From assembly GCA_050011565.1 (NCBI GenBank), contig JBEKIW010000001.1, positions 256,001-320,000 of the forward strand: a stretch of 64,000 nucleotides of DNA, written 5' to 3'. The notes under the pieces were generated by a model. It made no database searches. It saw only the letters and a list, made by a program, of their open reading frames with translations, and was not told the DNA's origin. The position numbers and the translations under genes are program-made. This document shows, one piece after another, positions 1-9,396 of this stretch. How positions within the stretch are numbered: the stretch's first letter is position 1; the number at the start of each line of letters is the position of its first letter. The DNA comes from Dehalococcoidia bacterium (GTDB taxonomy: Bacteria > Chloroflexota > Dehalococcoidia > GIF9 > UBA5629).

Positions 1-123
1 TGCAGATTCTTCGACAGGCTCAGAATGAGCGAGGTAGGGGTTAGCGGGCCGTGCGTAAAATAAACTTTTTGGGGCTTTTAACGTTTCTTATAGTGCAAGT
101 CCTGTATTGGGAGGGATGACATA

Positions 124-345
124 ATGATAGATACCAGCAGATTAACGCTCAGAGAAATAGAGATACTACGTCTCATCGCGGTCGGCCATTTGAATAAACA
201 GATTGCCGCGGATTTCAATATCAGCGAACAGGCCATTAAGAATAATATGACCAGAATATTGAGAAAGCTCGATGCCGTAAACCGCACCGAGGCTGTGGTC
301 AAAGCAGCCGTGTTCGGCCTGGTACCGCTCGACTCAGACCAATAG
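124..345 (+). CDS. Stand-alone LuxR/NarL-type HTH transcriptional regulator
   Basis: LTLREIEILRLIAVGHLNKQIA...ISEQAIKNNMTRILRKLDAVNRTEAV matches the LuxR/GerE C-terminal HTH pattern; GGAGG-like RBS upstream. Confidence 0.85.
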   Translation: MIDTSRLTLREIEILRLIAVGHLNKQIAADFNISEQAIKNNMTRILRKLDAVNRTEAVVKAAVFGLVPLDSDQ

Positions 346-690
346 CCGTCGTCCCGAGCACAAACTACGGGAGAGTCCTCAAAAAGGCTCTCCCTTTTTG
401 ATTTCTTAGACAGGCTTGCCTCGCCCGATTGTCTACAGCTTTCGACGAGATATTAGTCACATAATAATCTGAGATAATGTAGTATATTAATAATAGAGTT
501 AAGAAGAGGAGGTTAGGGTATGACAAAGAGATTTCTGTTATGCCGACTCTTGATCGGTAGTCGCCCTCAGCCGGGAGCGTAGGTGAAGAAGTAGTGATGT
601 GCAACTGCCGGTTGGGGGAGGAGAAGGTTCCCAAGCTCCTTGGCAAGCGTTTGAGGGTTCATCCGAAAACGAGCCACTTTGGTGAAGGGA

Positions 691-771
691 GCCAAGAGGA
701 AGGAGTAGTGGAACGAAGCTAGGGGCAGGCTTGAGGTTATCGAGGCTGTCCTTTTTTATGTCCTGACGGCC
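691..771 (+). terminator. Intrinsic terminator-like element, copy A of an ~80-nt duplicated sequence
   Basis: Imperfect hairpin GGGCAGGCTTGA...TCGAGGCTGTCC followed by TTTTTT; homologous to 1166-1240. Confidence 0.55.
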
Positions 772-872
772 AAGGCTAATGCGAACGTGTAAATAAACCT
801 TTTTGCCGTATCACCAGTTTAATTAATTAGAATATAAGTGTTGACATAAATTTATGACGAGGGCCAAAGTAG

Positions 873-1160
873 ATGTGGCAGATACATTTTTGTCCCCACT
901 GCGGGGCCAGAGCCGCGTATAGCGCCAGATTCTGCGGCACTTGCGGTTTTGACTTAACATCGGTAGCGCCAGAGGTACCGCCTCCGTCCTATGACTATCA
1001 GTATCCGTATCAGCAATGGGTACCATCGGCGGCGTATATAGATCAAGTACAGCAGAGATTCGTACCTGGAAGTGATATAAATGCCAGGCCGATGAGCGCC
1101 GAGATTTCAAAGCTGCTGGGAGACTTATTCGATAAACGCCTTAAATACAACAAGGCATAG
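873..1160 (+). CDS. Small zinc-ribbon domain protein
   Basis: N-terminal FCPHCG...ARFCGTCG (two CxxC motifs). Confidence 0.7.
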   Translation: MWQIHFCPHCGARAAYSARFCGTCGFDLTSVAPEVPPPSYDYQYPYQQWVPSAAYIDQVQQRFVPGSDINARPMSAEISKLLGDLFDKRLKYNKA

Positions 1161-1165
1161 GGCAA

Positions 1166-1240
1166 GCAAAGAGAAAAGTAGTAGAAAGAAACCAAGGACA
1201 GCCTAGATGATATCGAGGCTGTTTTTTTATGCCTGCGGCC
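1166..1240 (+). terminator. Intrinsic terminator, copy B of the duplicated element
   Basis: ACAGCCT-loop-AGGCTGT followed by a T run, directly after the 873-1160 stop. Confidence 0.65.
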
Positions 1241-1269
1241 CCATCTAAACGTATTTAACCAGCCATAGA

Positions 1270-2565
1270 CTACAGAGTAGAATCAGGGTTCGTCTCATCT
1301 GTAGCTTTTTTTGCCGTCTCTGAGTCCGGTGGTATAGGTATGGCCGGAGCTTCAGTAATTACAGGATAGTCTGAGGCAGCCGGTGCCGATGGCGCCGCTT
1401 CCAGCACCTGGCCGGGTACGGCAGCCGGCATGGGATATGTCGTCAATGTCGGTTCAGGAGTTGGAGCCGGTTCGACTACCGGCAAAGATGATACCGGCAG
1501 TGCCGGTTCGGGTGTGATTTCCGGTGACGGAACTGTTGCCACCGCAAAATCCGGGTTTAACTCATTTGTGGCTTCAGGAGTCTGTAATGTCTCAGGTGCC
1601 GGCGTGGTTTCCGGTGAGGGTTCTATTGCGGTAGCAGAATCAATGTTTAGCTCATTCGTAGCTTCTGGAGTCTGTAAAGTCTCCGGTGCCGGCACGGCTG
1701 GAATCTCAGTAATTACAGGAGTCTCTGTTGCAGCTGGTGTAGATGGGGTCGTTTCCAGCACCTGGTCGGGGACATCAACCGGTGTCGAATATGTGGCTAA
1801 GGCAGGCTCCGGAGCCGGTGTCAGTTCAGCTGAGTCTGATACTGATGGCTCAAATGTTACCGGAGATAGTATTGCTGCGGGGAGCTCCCCAGTTGTTATT
1901 TCATTCGCTGCCATAGGCTCGGTTGCCGGAGTGCCGGCTGTTACATCTGTTAATATCGGGTGCGGGAAGGTTACGCACTGTGGGTCAGGGCTGCGTGAAG
2001 GATGTGGATTTGGACAGGGCGAAGGATGTGGATGTGGACAGGGTGAAGGTTCAGGTTGGGGGGAGGGAGGTCCGAAAGGATGATTTCCCCAAGGGCTATA
2101 GTGATTACCAAAAAGATATGGATAAAAATAATAAGAAGAAAGTAGCCATGAGCTTGGTGAATAACAGGTCGTGGGACAGGGCGGTGTATAAGAGCAGGGT
2201 AATTGATATGAACTCGGTGGTTGGTATGTGCAGGGATTGTAATAATAGGGTGACGCGGTCACACATCCATACGGACTAATCAGATTGTTGTTGACACAGT
2301 CTTGCGCAGCTTTATCACAGGTGCTGCACTCCGTCGATGTCTGTTGGAGCTGGTTTTGAAGCTGCTGGTTCTGATTCTGCACGTTTTGAAGCGCCTCTTG
2401 CGTGGCCTGCAGGTTATTTTGCGTCGTTTCCAGCGATAAACTCAGCGCCTGTACTTTGTATTGAAGTTCCTGCAGGTCTTTCTGGCTGGCAGCAGGAGTA
2501 CAGGCAGCACCGAGGAATGTAACTAAAAGTAGTAGTGAAGCTAGCCCGCATACCTTTTTTAACAT
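1270..2565 (-). CDS. Putative lipoprotein with coiled coil, Cys/Tyr/Pro-rich segment and long Pro/Thr/Glu-rich repeat tail
   Basis: Signal peptide ending in lipobox-like LGAAC; Gln/Leu heptads; internal PAPETLQTPEATNELN repeats; GGAGG RBS. Confidence 0.7.
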   Translation of the reverse strand: MLKKVCGLASLLLLVTFLGAACTPAASQKDLQELQYKVQALSLSLETTQNNLQATQEALQNVQNQNQQLQNQLQQTSTECSTCDKAAQDCVNNNLISPYGCVTASPYYYNPCTYQPPSSYQLPCSYTPPCPTTCYSPSSWLLSSYYFYPYLFGNHYSPWGNHPFGPPSPQPEPSPCPHPHPSPCPNPHPSRSPDPQCVTFPHPILTDVTAGTPATEPMAANEITTGELPAAILSPVTFEPSVSDSAELTPAPEPALATYSTPVDVPDQVLETTPSTPAATETPVITEIPAVPAPETLQTPEATNELNIDSATAIEPSPETTPAPETLQTPEATNELNPDFAVATVPSPEITPEPALPVSSLPVVEPAPTPEPTLTTYPMPAAVPGQVLEAAPSAPAASDYPVITEAPAIPIPPDSETAKKATDETNPDSTL

Positions 2566-2790
2566 GATGCACCTCCTTAGTGAAGGATATTACCACCTAA
2601 ACCATGGTTGTTCAGGAAACGACCAAGCGAGTTAACAACCCTGTTTAAGTGGCCCAATTGAACTATAAAACAGTAAATTGGGTTTGTCAAATAACGATAG
2701 GCTTGAAAGGGCCGTTTTTTGATGAATCGGTGAAAATTTTACAATTCACTACCGGCTTTCTAGACGTAAAATGAGCAGTTGCAGATTTGA

Positions 2791-5700
2791 TTAGGACGTG
2801 GATGGTCTGGCTCGGACTACCGTGGGAGTGTACACCATTTCATAGAGCCGGGCATATAAGCCGCTACGGCGCAGAAGCTCTTCATGCAGGCCCTGTTCCA
2901 CAATCCGCCCGTTATCGATTACCAGGATAAGGTCGGCATCGCGAATAGTCGATAGCCGGTGGGCGATGACTACCGTAGTGCGTCCTTTCAGGAGATTTCG
3001 CAGACCTTGCTGGAGGACGTGTTCGCTGTACGAGTCGACGCTGGCGGTAGCTTCATCCAGCAGTAGTATGGCTGGATTTGCCAGTAGCGCCCTGGCAAAG
3101 CTGATAAGCTGGCGCTGCCCCATGCTCAGGTTTTGTCCGCGCTCCTGCAGTTCGGTATCGTAGCCGTTTTCCAGACGTACAATGAAATCGTGGGCACCTA
3201 CTGCCCTGGCGGCGGCTATTATTTCATCCTCGCCAGCCTCAAGGTTACCATAGCGGATGTTGTCCCTGACCGTTCCGGAGAACAGGAACGGGTCTTGCAG
3301 CACCAGGCCCAACTGCCGTCGGTAGCCGGCGGTATCTATACCGCGTAAATCATGGCCATCGATTAGTATGCGCCCTTTATCGACGTCGTAAAAGCGGGCG
3401 ATGAGGCTGACGATGGTGCTCTTGCCGGCGCCGGTGGGACCGACCAGTGCCACCGTCTTTCCCTGAGGCATACGCAGGTTTACATCGTGAATCACTTCAA
3501 CATCAGGTTCGTAGCTGAAGGAAACGCCCTCGAACTTGATATCACCTTGTATTCGAGATAGCTTGGTTCCTGTGCCATCCGCCATTTCCGGCTTTACGTC
3601 GAGGAGTTCGAAGACACGTGCGCCCGAGGCCATTGCCATCTGCAGCTGGGAGTACTCCATGGTCAGCGACCTGATGGGGTCAAAGAAGTTCTGCATATAG
3701 AGGACAAAGGCAAGCAGTGTGCCTACAAGAAGCGTGCCGCTCAGCACACCTGTCCCGCCGTAAAGGACGATGATAACGGTCGATAGCGCCAGTAGCAGTT
3801 CCACTCCGGGCATCATGGCCGCCGAAAATTTGGCTGCCTGCACGTTGGCGTCGAAATGGTCGTAATTTACCCGGTCGAAGTGCTGAGAGTTCAGTTCCTC
3901 CCGGGACAGGCTCTGAATAACCCGCACCCCGGAGATGTTTTCCTGCAACGCGGCATTTACCGGCGCCAGCGCCTGCCTTACCTTGATAAAGGAGCGGCGG
4001 GCTGTTGTCTGCCATAGCATTATGAACAGAAAGAGCAGCGGCACCACCGTCAGAGTGAGCAGCGCCAGCTTGAAGTTCATGGCAGACATGGCAATTATAA
4101 TGGCAATCAGGCTGACTATCTCGCCGGCTACCCAGAAGACGCCGGAATCAAGGAAGTCGCCTACTTCGCCCACGTCGTCCTGCACGCGCGACATGACACG
4201 TCCGACCTCGTTGCTTTCGATGAACCTTAGAGACAGACGCTGCAGGTGGTTGAATAGCTGGCTGCGCAGGTTGAGCAGTATGCTCTGTCCCAGGCGCGCT
4301 TCAGCCCTGATCTGGGCGTAATAAGATACGCCGTTGAGCAGCGCCACGCCAAGAAAAAGAAGGACGATGATGTTCAACCCGCTGAGATTGCCGGCCACAA
4401 TATATTTATCTTCTGCCACTCCCACCAGGTACGGATTAGCTACTATGGTAAAGGTATAGAGCAATGTGGCCACGATGGTCAGGGGCAGTGCCACTTTGTA
4501 CGACGCGAAATATTTGGCCAGGCGCGAAACCACGCGGGAGTCATAGGGTTTGCCGAAGACGATATCGTCCGATATGCGCAGGCTGCTAAGTCGTTCGCTT
4601 CTGACACGCGTGGTCTGGTGGCCGTCTCCTTCGGGAAAGACGGAAGCCATCTCCTCCTCAGCCAAAGGCAAAGTCGCCGGCTCGATAAAGTCTTCCTGCT
4701 GCTCGAACTGCAGACCGTAGAGCTGCTGGTACCAGCCATTTCTGGCAAGTAGTTCCTCGTGTTTGCCGCGCTCGATAATCTGGCCGTCCTTCAGCACCAG
4801 AATTAAATCAGCCATCTGCACCGACCGCAGACGGTGGGCAATGATGAACGTGGTCCGGCCGACCGGCAGCTCCGCCAGAGCCTGCTGTAAGAGGTACTCG
4901 GTCTCGGCGTCCAAACTCGATGTAGAATCGTCCATTATTAAAATACGCGGGTTGAGTAACAGAGTGCGGGCAATCGCCAGCCGCTGCTTCTGACCGCCGG
5001 AAAGGGTTATACCCCGCTCGCCCACCCAGGTCTCGTAGCCCTCAGGCAGGCTGGTGATGAAGTCGTGCAGCCGAGCGGTCTTCGCCGCTTCCATTATCTC
5101 CTCCAGGCTGGCATCCGGCTTGCCGTAGCTAATATTTTCCCGGATGGTAGCCGAAAAGAGAAAGGTATCCTGATGGACAATGCCGACATGCCGCCGCAGA
5201 GAGGCAAGCGACATGTCCCTGATGTCCGTGCCGTCGATAGTAATGCGGCCGGAGGTTACGTCATAGAAGCGCGGTATCAAATTGGCTACGGTGGACTTGC
5301 CGCTGCCGCTGGCGCCGACGAGAGCTATCACCTGCCCGGGTTGAGCTTCGAAGCTGACGTCTTTCAACGCAGTGCCGTGGGAATCATAGCTGAAGCAAAC
5401 GTTCTCGAATTTGACCAGCCCCTTCACTTCGTTGATATCGATGGCGTCGGGCTTCTCAATTACCGGTGATACCTGGTCGATGATTTCAAAGATGCGACGT
5501 CCGGAAGCCATAGCCCGGGAGAAGAGTATGCTCAACCATCCCAGTATGTAGACCGGCGTACTGAGCATGACCAGGTAAATCAGGAACTGGGCAAGTTCAC
5601 CCTGTGTTAGGCTGCCGGCTATTACCAGCCTGCCTCCGTACCACAGGACGACCCCCATGGCCGCCAGAAGAGCAAAGCTCATAGCCGGGCTGTTGGAAGC

Positions 5701-6417
5701 CAGTTGGTTGTTGGCTTCAATCTCCTGGTTGTATATGACTTCGGCCTGGCTGCGGAATTTCCGGCTCTCGAATTCCTCGCGAGCGAAAGCCCGCACCACC
5801 CTTACACCGGTCAGGTTTTCCTGTAATATGGTGCCCAGGTCACCGATGCCCTGTTGAATTTTCATCCACAGCACACGTAGTCTCTGGTTTATGGCGACGG
5901 TGCGGAAGGAGATGAAGGGAAGAACGCTTAAACTGATTAAGGCCAGCTTCCAGTTGAGCATCAGGAGAACGATGGTTATGGCTACCATAAGCAGGACAAA
6001 ATAAAGGCCTCGCAGCAGGGCGAAACCGACAAACATGCGGACTGACTCGACATCTGAAGTAGCCCGGGACATAAGCTGGCCGGTTTGAGAGCGGTCGTGA
6101 AAGGCGTAGCTGAGGCTCTGGAGACGGTTGTAAATTGTATTACGGAGGTCATAGGCAACTCTATTGGAGAGAAATTCAGCCAGGTAGCCCTGCCAGTAGC
6201 TGGACACGCTGCGCAGTATGCCGGCTACAGCTATAGCCAGCGCCGTCAGCACCAGGGCGCTGTGCTGGCCTGAGCCCAGTGCCAGGTCAATAGCCTGACC
6301 GGTAAAGCGGGGTATGGCTATGGTCAGCGCCGCTCCGGCAAAAAGACAAAAATAAGCTATAGCTGCCCGCGGCCAATACTTCCAAAAAAGCGCCGCAACA
6401 CGTACAAAGATACGCAT
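2791..6417 (-). CDS. Fused full-length ABC exporter (TMD-NBD-TMD-NBD), multidrug/lipid type IV family
   Basis: Two Walker A motifs (GASGSGKST, GPTGAGKST), signatures LSGGQ and LSMGQ, two membrane domains. Confidence 0.92.
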   Translation of the reverse strand: MRIFVRVAALFWKYWPRAAIAYFCLFAGAALTIAIPRFTGQAIDLALGSGQHSALVLTALAIAVAGILRSVSSYWQGYLAEFLSNRVAYDLRNTIYNRLQSLSYAFHDRSQTGQLMSRATSDVESVRMFVGFALLRGLYFVLLMVAITIVLLMLNWKLALISLSVLPFISFRTVAINQRLRVLWMKIQQGIGDLGTILQENLTGVRVVRAFAREEFESRKFRSQAEVIYNQEIEANNQLASNSPAMSFALLAAMGVVLWYGGRLVIAGSLTQGELAQFLIYLVMLSTPVYILGWLSILFSRAMASGRRIFEIIDQVSPVIEKPDAIDINEVKGLVKFENVCFSYDSHGTALKDVSFEAQPGQVIALVGASGSGKSTVANLIPRFYDVTSGRITIDGTDIRDMSLASLRRHVGIVHQDTFLFSATIRENISYGKPDASLEEIMEAAKTARLHDFITSLPEGYETWVGERGITLSGGQKQRLAIARTLLLNPRILIMDDSTSSLDAETEYLLQQALAELPVGRTTFIIAHRLRSVQMADLILVLKDGQIIERGKHEELLARNGWYQQLYGLQFEQQEDFIEPATLPLAEEEMASVFPEGDGHQTTRVRSERLSSLRISDDIVFGKPYDSRVVSRLAKYFASYKVALPLTIVATLLYTFTIVANPYLVGVAEDKYIVAGNLSGLNIIVLLFLGVALLNGVSYYAQIRAEARLGQSILLNLRSQLFNHLQRLSLRFIESNEVGRVMSRVQDDVGEVGDFLDSGVFWVAGEIVSLIAIIIAMSAMNFKLALLTLTVVPLLFLFIMLWQTTARRSFIKVRQALAPVNAALQENISGVRVIQSLSREELNSQHFDRVNYDHFDANVQAAKFSAAMMPGVELLLALSTVIIVLYGGTGVLSGTLLVGTLLAFVLYMQNFFDPIRSLTMEYSQLQMAMASGARVFELLDVKPEMADGTGTKLSRIQGDIKFEGVSFSYEPDVEVIHDVNLRMPQGKTVALVGPTGAGKSTIVSLIARFYDVDKGRILIDGHDLRGIDTAGYRRQLGLVLQDPFLFSGTVRDNIRYGNLEAGEDEIIAAARAVGAHDFIVRLENGYDTELQERGQNLSMGQRQLISFARALLANPAILLLDEATASVDSYSEHVLQQGLRNLLKGRTTVVIAHRLSTIRDADLILVIDNGRIVEQGLHEELLRRSGLYARLYEMVYTPTVVRARPSTS

Positions 6418-6618
6418 TTTCTCTTGTATTTATATTAGCACTTATTGCCCGACTAATGCTGCCATATTCCCTCCAAAAAGGCTGGACTTATATTTGGGGC
6501 TTTGCTAGACTTACGCGGATATTTCAACGCCCTATTACCGGAGGGACTATGAGAAAAGTTTATAAATTATTTACGATCATATGCGCCGGTAACATCTATC
6601 ACAGAAGGAGGTAACGCC

Positions 6619-7122
6619 ATGCAGTGGTCCAGCCCACCACCGATGACTATCGACCGGAACAAGCAGTACACGGCAACGATAAAGACCAACTACGGAGATA
6701 TAGTATTGCAGTTCTTTCCTAAAGATGCGCCTATTACCGTGAACAATTTCGTTTTCCTGGCTGGCCAGGGCTTCTACAATGGGGTGAAGTTTCATCGCGT
6801 GGTGAAGGGTTTCGTAATTCAGGGCGGTGACCCGACGGGTACCGGCACCGGCGGGCCGGGATACAGGTTTGCCGATGAAAAAATTACTAAAGACTATGTT
6901 GCCGGTACTCTGGCTATGGCCAATGCCGGGACCGATACCAACGGCAGCCAGTTCTTCGTCACCTTAGTCGACCTCAGCGGCAGCCTGCCCAAAAAATATA
7001 CTATCTTCGGACAGGTTACTAGCGGCTTCGACGTAGTGCAGAAGATAGGTGATGTACCGGTGGATGGTTCGTCGCCGATAAAGGGCGTCCTTATAGACAG
7101 CATTACCATAGAGGGAAAATAG
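6619..7122 (+). CDS. Cyclophilin-type peptidyl-prolyl cis-trans isomerase
   Basis: FHRVVKGFVIQGGDPTGTGTGGPGY and LAMANAG..TNGSQFF motifs. Confidence 0.95.
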   Translation: MQWSSPPPMTIDRNKQYTATIKTNYGDIVLQFFPKDAPITVNNFVFLAGQGFYNGVKFHRVVKGFVIQGGDPTGTGTGGPGYRFADEKITKDYVAGTLAMANAGTDTNGSQFFVTLVDLSGSLPKKYTIFGQVTSGFDVVQKIGDVPVDGSSPIKGVLIDSITIEGK

Positions 7123-7153
7123 CTGTTCTTATTGTCTTGATCCAGGCAGCCCG

Positions 7154-9388
7154 CTATGTTTGATTTTTGGGGCCCTGTTCGGCGGATTCTCTGCTATAGC
7201 CCTCTTCTTCCAGCTTCTCCATAATCCGGGCGGCTCTGGGATAGCCGATGCGTAGCCGGCGCTGCAAAAAGGAAGTAGAGACGTATTTGTGCTCTTTGGC
7301 TAGCTGTCTGGCAGACTCCATCATGGAATCATCACCGCCTTTTTCTGCCGAGACTAGCCGGCTCATGTCCTCGAACCGGACCGGCTCCGTCTCCGGCCGG
7401 CGCTGATTGCCCCAGAAATAGACTACTCTCTCGGTCTCGGTATCCGAGACAAAGGTGCCTTGAAGTCGTTTCGGCTTGCTGGCGTCGGTGGGCATATAAA
7501 GCATATCGCCTCTGCCCAGCAGCTTCTCGGCGCCGGCAGCATCCAGTATGGTACGCGAGTCTACCTGTGAGGTGAGGGCAAAGCTGATGCGGGTGGGGAA
7601 ATTGGCTTTGATGAGGCCGGTAACTACGTCAACGGATGGCCGTTGAGTAGCCACAATCAGATGTATGCCGGTAGCTCGCGCCAGTTGGGCCAGGCGGCAC
7701 AGCGTGCGCTCCACCTCATCGAAAGCTGCCATCATCAAGTCAGCCAGCTCATCGATGACCACTACAATACAGGGCATCGCTTCGCCGGGATGCCGGCTCT
7801 TGTTATAGCCTTCGATATTGCGTGCCCCAACCTGAGCGAACTTCTGGTAGCGGTTGTCCATTTCTTGATTGAGCCAACGGAGTGCCATTACCGCTTTGTC
7901 GGCATCAACAACCACCGGAGCCACCAGGTGTGGTAATGAGTTGAAATTGACCAGCTCCACTCGCTTGGGGTCGATCATGATGAACTGGACGTCGTCAGGT
8001 GTGTTGTGGATGAGCAGGCAGCAGATAGTGGAGTTGAGGCAGGCGGTCTTGCCGCTGCCGGTGGCGCCGGCAATAAGCAGGTGCGGCATCCGGGCGAGGT
8101 CGGCAGCCACTGTTTCACCGCCGGCGCCCTTGCCCATAGCCAGAGCCAGCTTCGATTTGGCGCAGGCTTTTTGGAAGGAGGCGGACTCGATTACGCTTCT
8201 CAGGTTGACCAGGCCGAATGAAGTATTGGGGACTTCGATGCCTACTATCGATTTTCCGGGCACCGGGGCTTCGATCCTGATGCTCGATGCCGCCAGGGCT
8301 AAAGCCAGGTCGCTGGCCAGTGCGCTGATGCGGTCTACTTTAACTCTGGTTTTCGATATCTCCTCGGTGCGGACTTGAATTTCACCGTCTTTATCCCGTT
8401 CTCTAATATCCTTGTACTTGCGGTCCCAACCCGGCTCGACTCCGAACTGGGTCACGGTGGGGCCGACATTTATCTGGACTACCTTGGCATCGACACCATA
8501 GCTGGCTAAAGCTTCCTGGATGAGCTCTGCTCGCTTTTCAATTTCGCTCTGGCTTAGCTCCACCTCTGTGGGCTTGTCCAATATAGTTAGGGGCGGCAGT
8601 TGCCAGCCTCCGGGGGTGAGTACCGGCCGATATTTTCCCGGTTCCCAGGCTTCGGGTGGAGGCGGCTCGGCAGCTTTCATCGGCGTTATGACCGGTGGTG
8701 GTGCCTCTGCCGGCGCTTCTTTGGTTTCTACTTTACCAAAATTAATTTCTGCCGGTGTCGATTCGGGTTTAACCTTGGGATGGCGCTGGCTGGCCTGACG
8801 GATGGCTTGCCAGATAAGCAAAAAGAGCTTGCCTATACCCCTGAATATGGTCTTGAATATATTGGTTATTAAGCCCCATGTCCAGCGGGGGACTATGATG
8901 AGGATACCAAGGAAAATAAGACCGGCCAGCCGTAGTGCGGCTATTGTGTAGGAATCGGTGATAATGCTCTGGCCGATACTGCCGCCGAGAGTTGCCTCGC
9001 TGACGATGCCGCTGCCGGGGCTGAAAAAGGCTAATATGCCCCAGACAGCAAAGGCTAAAGGAATGCCGCCCAGCCACCACTTCCAGTATCTGGTGAAGAG
9101 CCAGAACCGTCCGCTGGCAATCATCCAGATTAGTATTCCCAGAAATACGGCAGTCAGGACTAATCCCAGACCGAAGAGGCCAAGCAGACCTTCCCAGGTG
9201 GCAACAATCCAGTCGGTTATATTTCCCCAGGTAGCGGCAGCCCAGTTCGATATATTGGGCCAGAACCAGACTATGAGTCCGACGATGACTACCGCCAGTA
9301 GCAGCCGTAAAAAAGGCCCCAGGTAATTCTTTTTTTTCTTGCCTTTGCCGCTGTCTGAAGTTTTGGTGGTCTTCTTTTTCTTAGGCAT
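7154..9388 (-). CDS. ftsK: DNA translocase FtsK/SpoIIIE
   Basis: N-terminal TM segments; PHLLIAGATGSGKT, IDPKRVEL and ATQRPSVDVVTGLIKAN motifs; gamma domain LQRRLRIGYPRAAR. Confidence 0.96.
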   Translation of the reverse strand: MPKKKKTTKTSDSGKGKKKKNYLGPFLRLLLAVVIVGLIVWFWPNISNWAAATWGNITDWIVATWEGLLGLFGLGLVLTAVFLGILIWMIASGRFWLFTRYWKWWLGGIPLAFAVWGILAFFSPGSGIVSEATLGGSIGQSIITDSYTIAALRLAGLIFLGILIIVPRWTWGLITNIFKTIFRGIGKLFLLIWQAIRQASQRHPKVKPESTPAEINFGKVETKEAPAEAPPPVITPMKAAEPPPPEAWEPGKYRPVLTPGGWQLPPLTILDKPTEVELSQSEIEKRAELIQEALASYGVDAKVVQINVGPTVTQFGVEPGWDRKYKDIRERDKDGEIQVRTEEISKTRVKVDRISALASDLALALAASSIRIEAPVPGKSIVGIEVPNTSFGLVNLRSVIESASFQKACAKSKLALAMGKGAGGETVAADLARMPHLLIAGATGSGKTACLNSTICCLLIHNTPDDVQFIMIDPKRVELVNFNSLPHLVAPVVVDADKAVMALRWLNQEMDNRYQKFAQVGARNIEGYNKSRHPGEAMPCIVVVIDELADLMMAAFDEVERTLCRLAQLARATGIHLIVATQRPSVDVVTGLIKANFPTRISFALTSQVDSRTILDAAGAEKLLGRGDMLYMPTDASKPKRLQGTFVSDTETERVVYFWGNQRRPETEPVRFEDMSRLVSAEKGGDDSMMESARQLAKEHKYVSTSFLQRRLRIGYPRAARIMEKLEEEGYSRESAEQGPKNQT

Positions 9389-9396
9389 ATCTTGAT

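Noticed and set aside
365-646. 93-aa ORF on the - strand
   Set aside because: Runs through an AT-rich promoter-like region with no recognisable motif or RBS.
1430-2083. 217-aa Gly/Ser/Val-rich ORF on the + strand
   Set aside because: Antisense shadow of the Pro/Thr-rich lipoprotein gene; no RBS or independent motif.
8340-8430. Charged insertion in FtsK as an intein remnant
   Set aside because: Only ~25 aa and without splicing motifs; more likely a lineage-specific loop.
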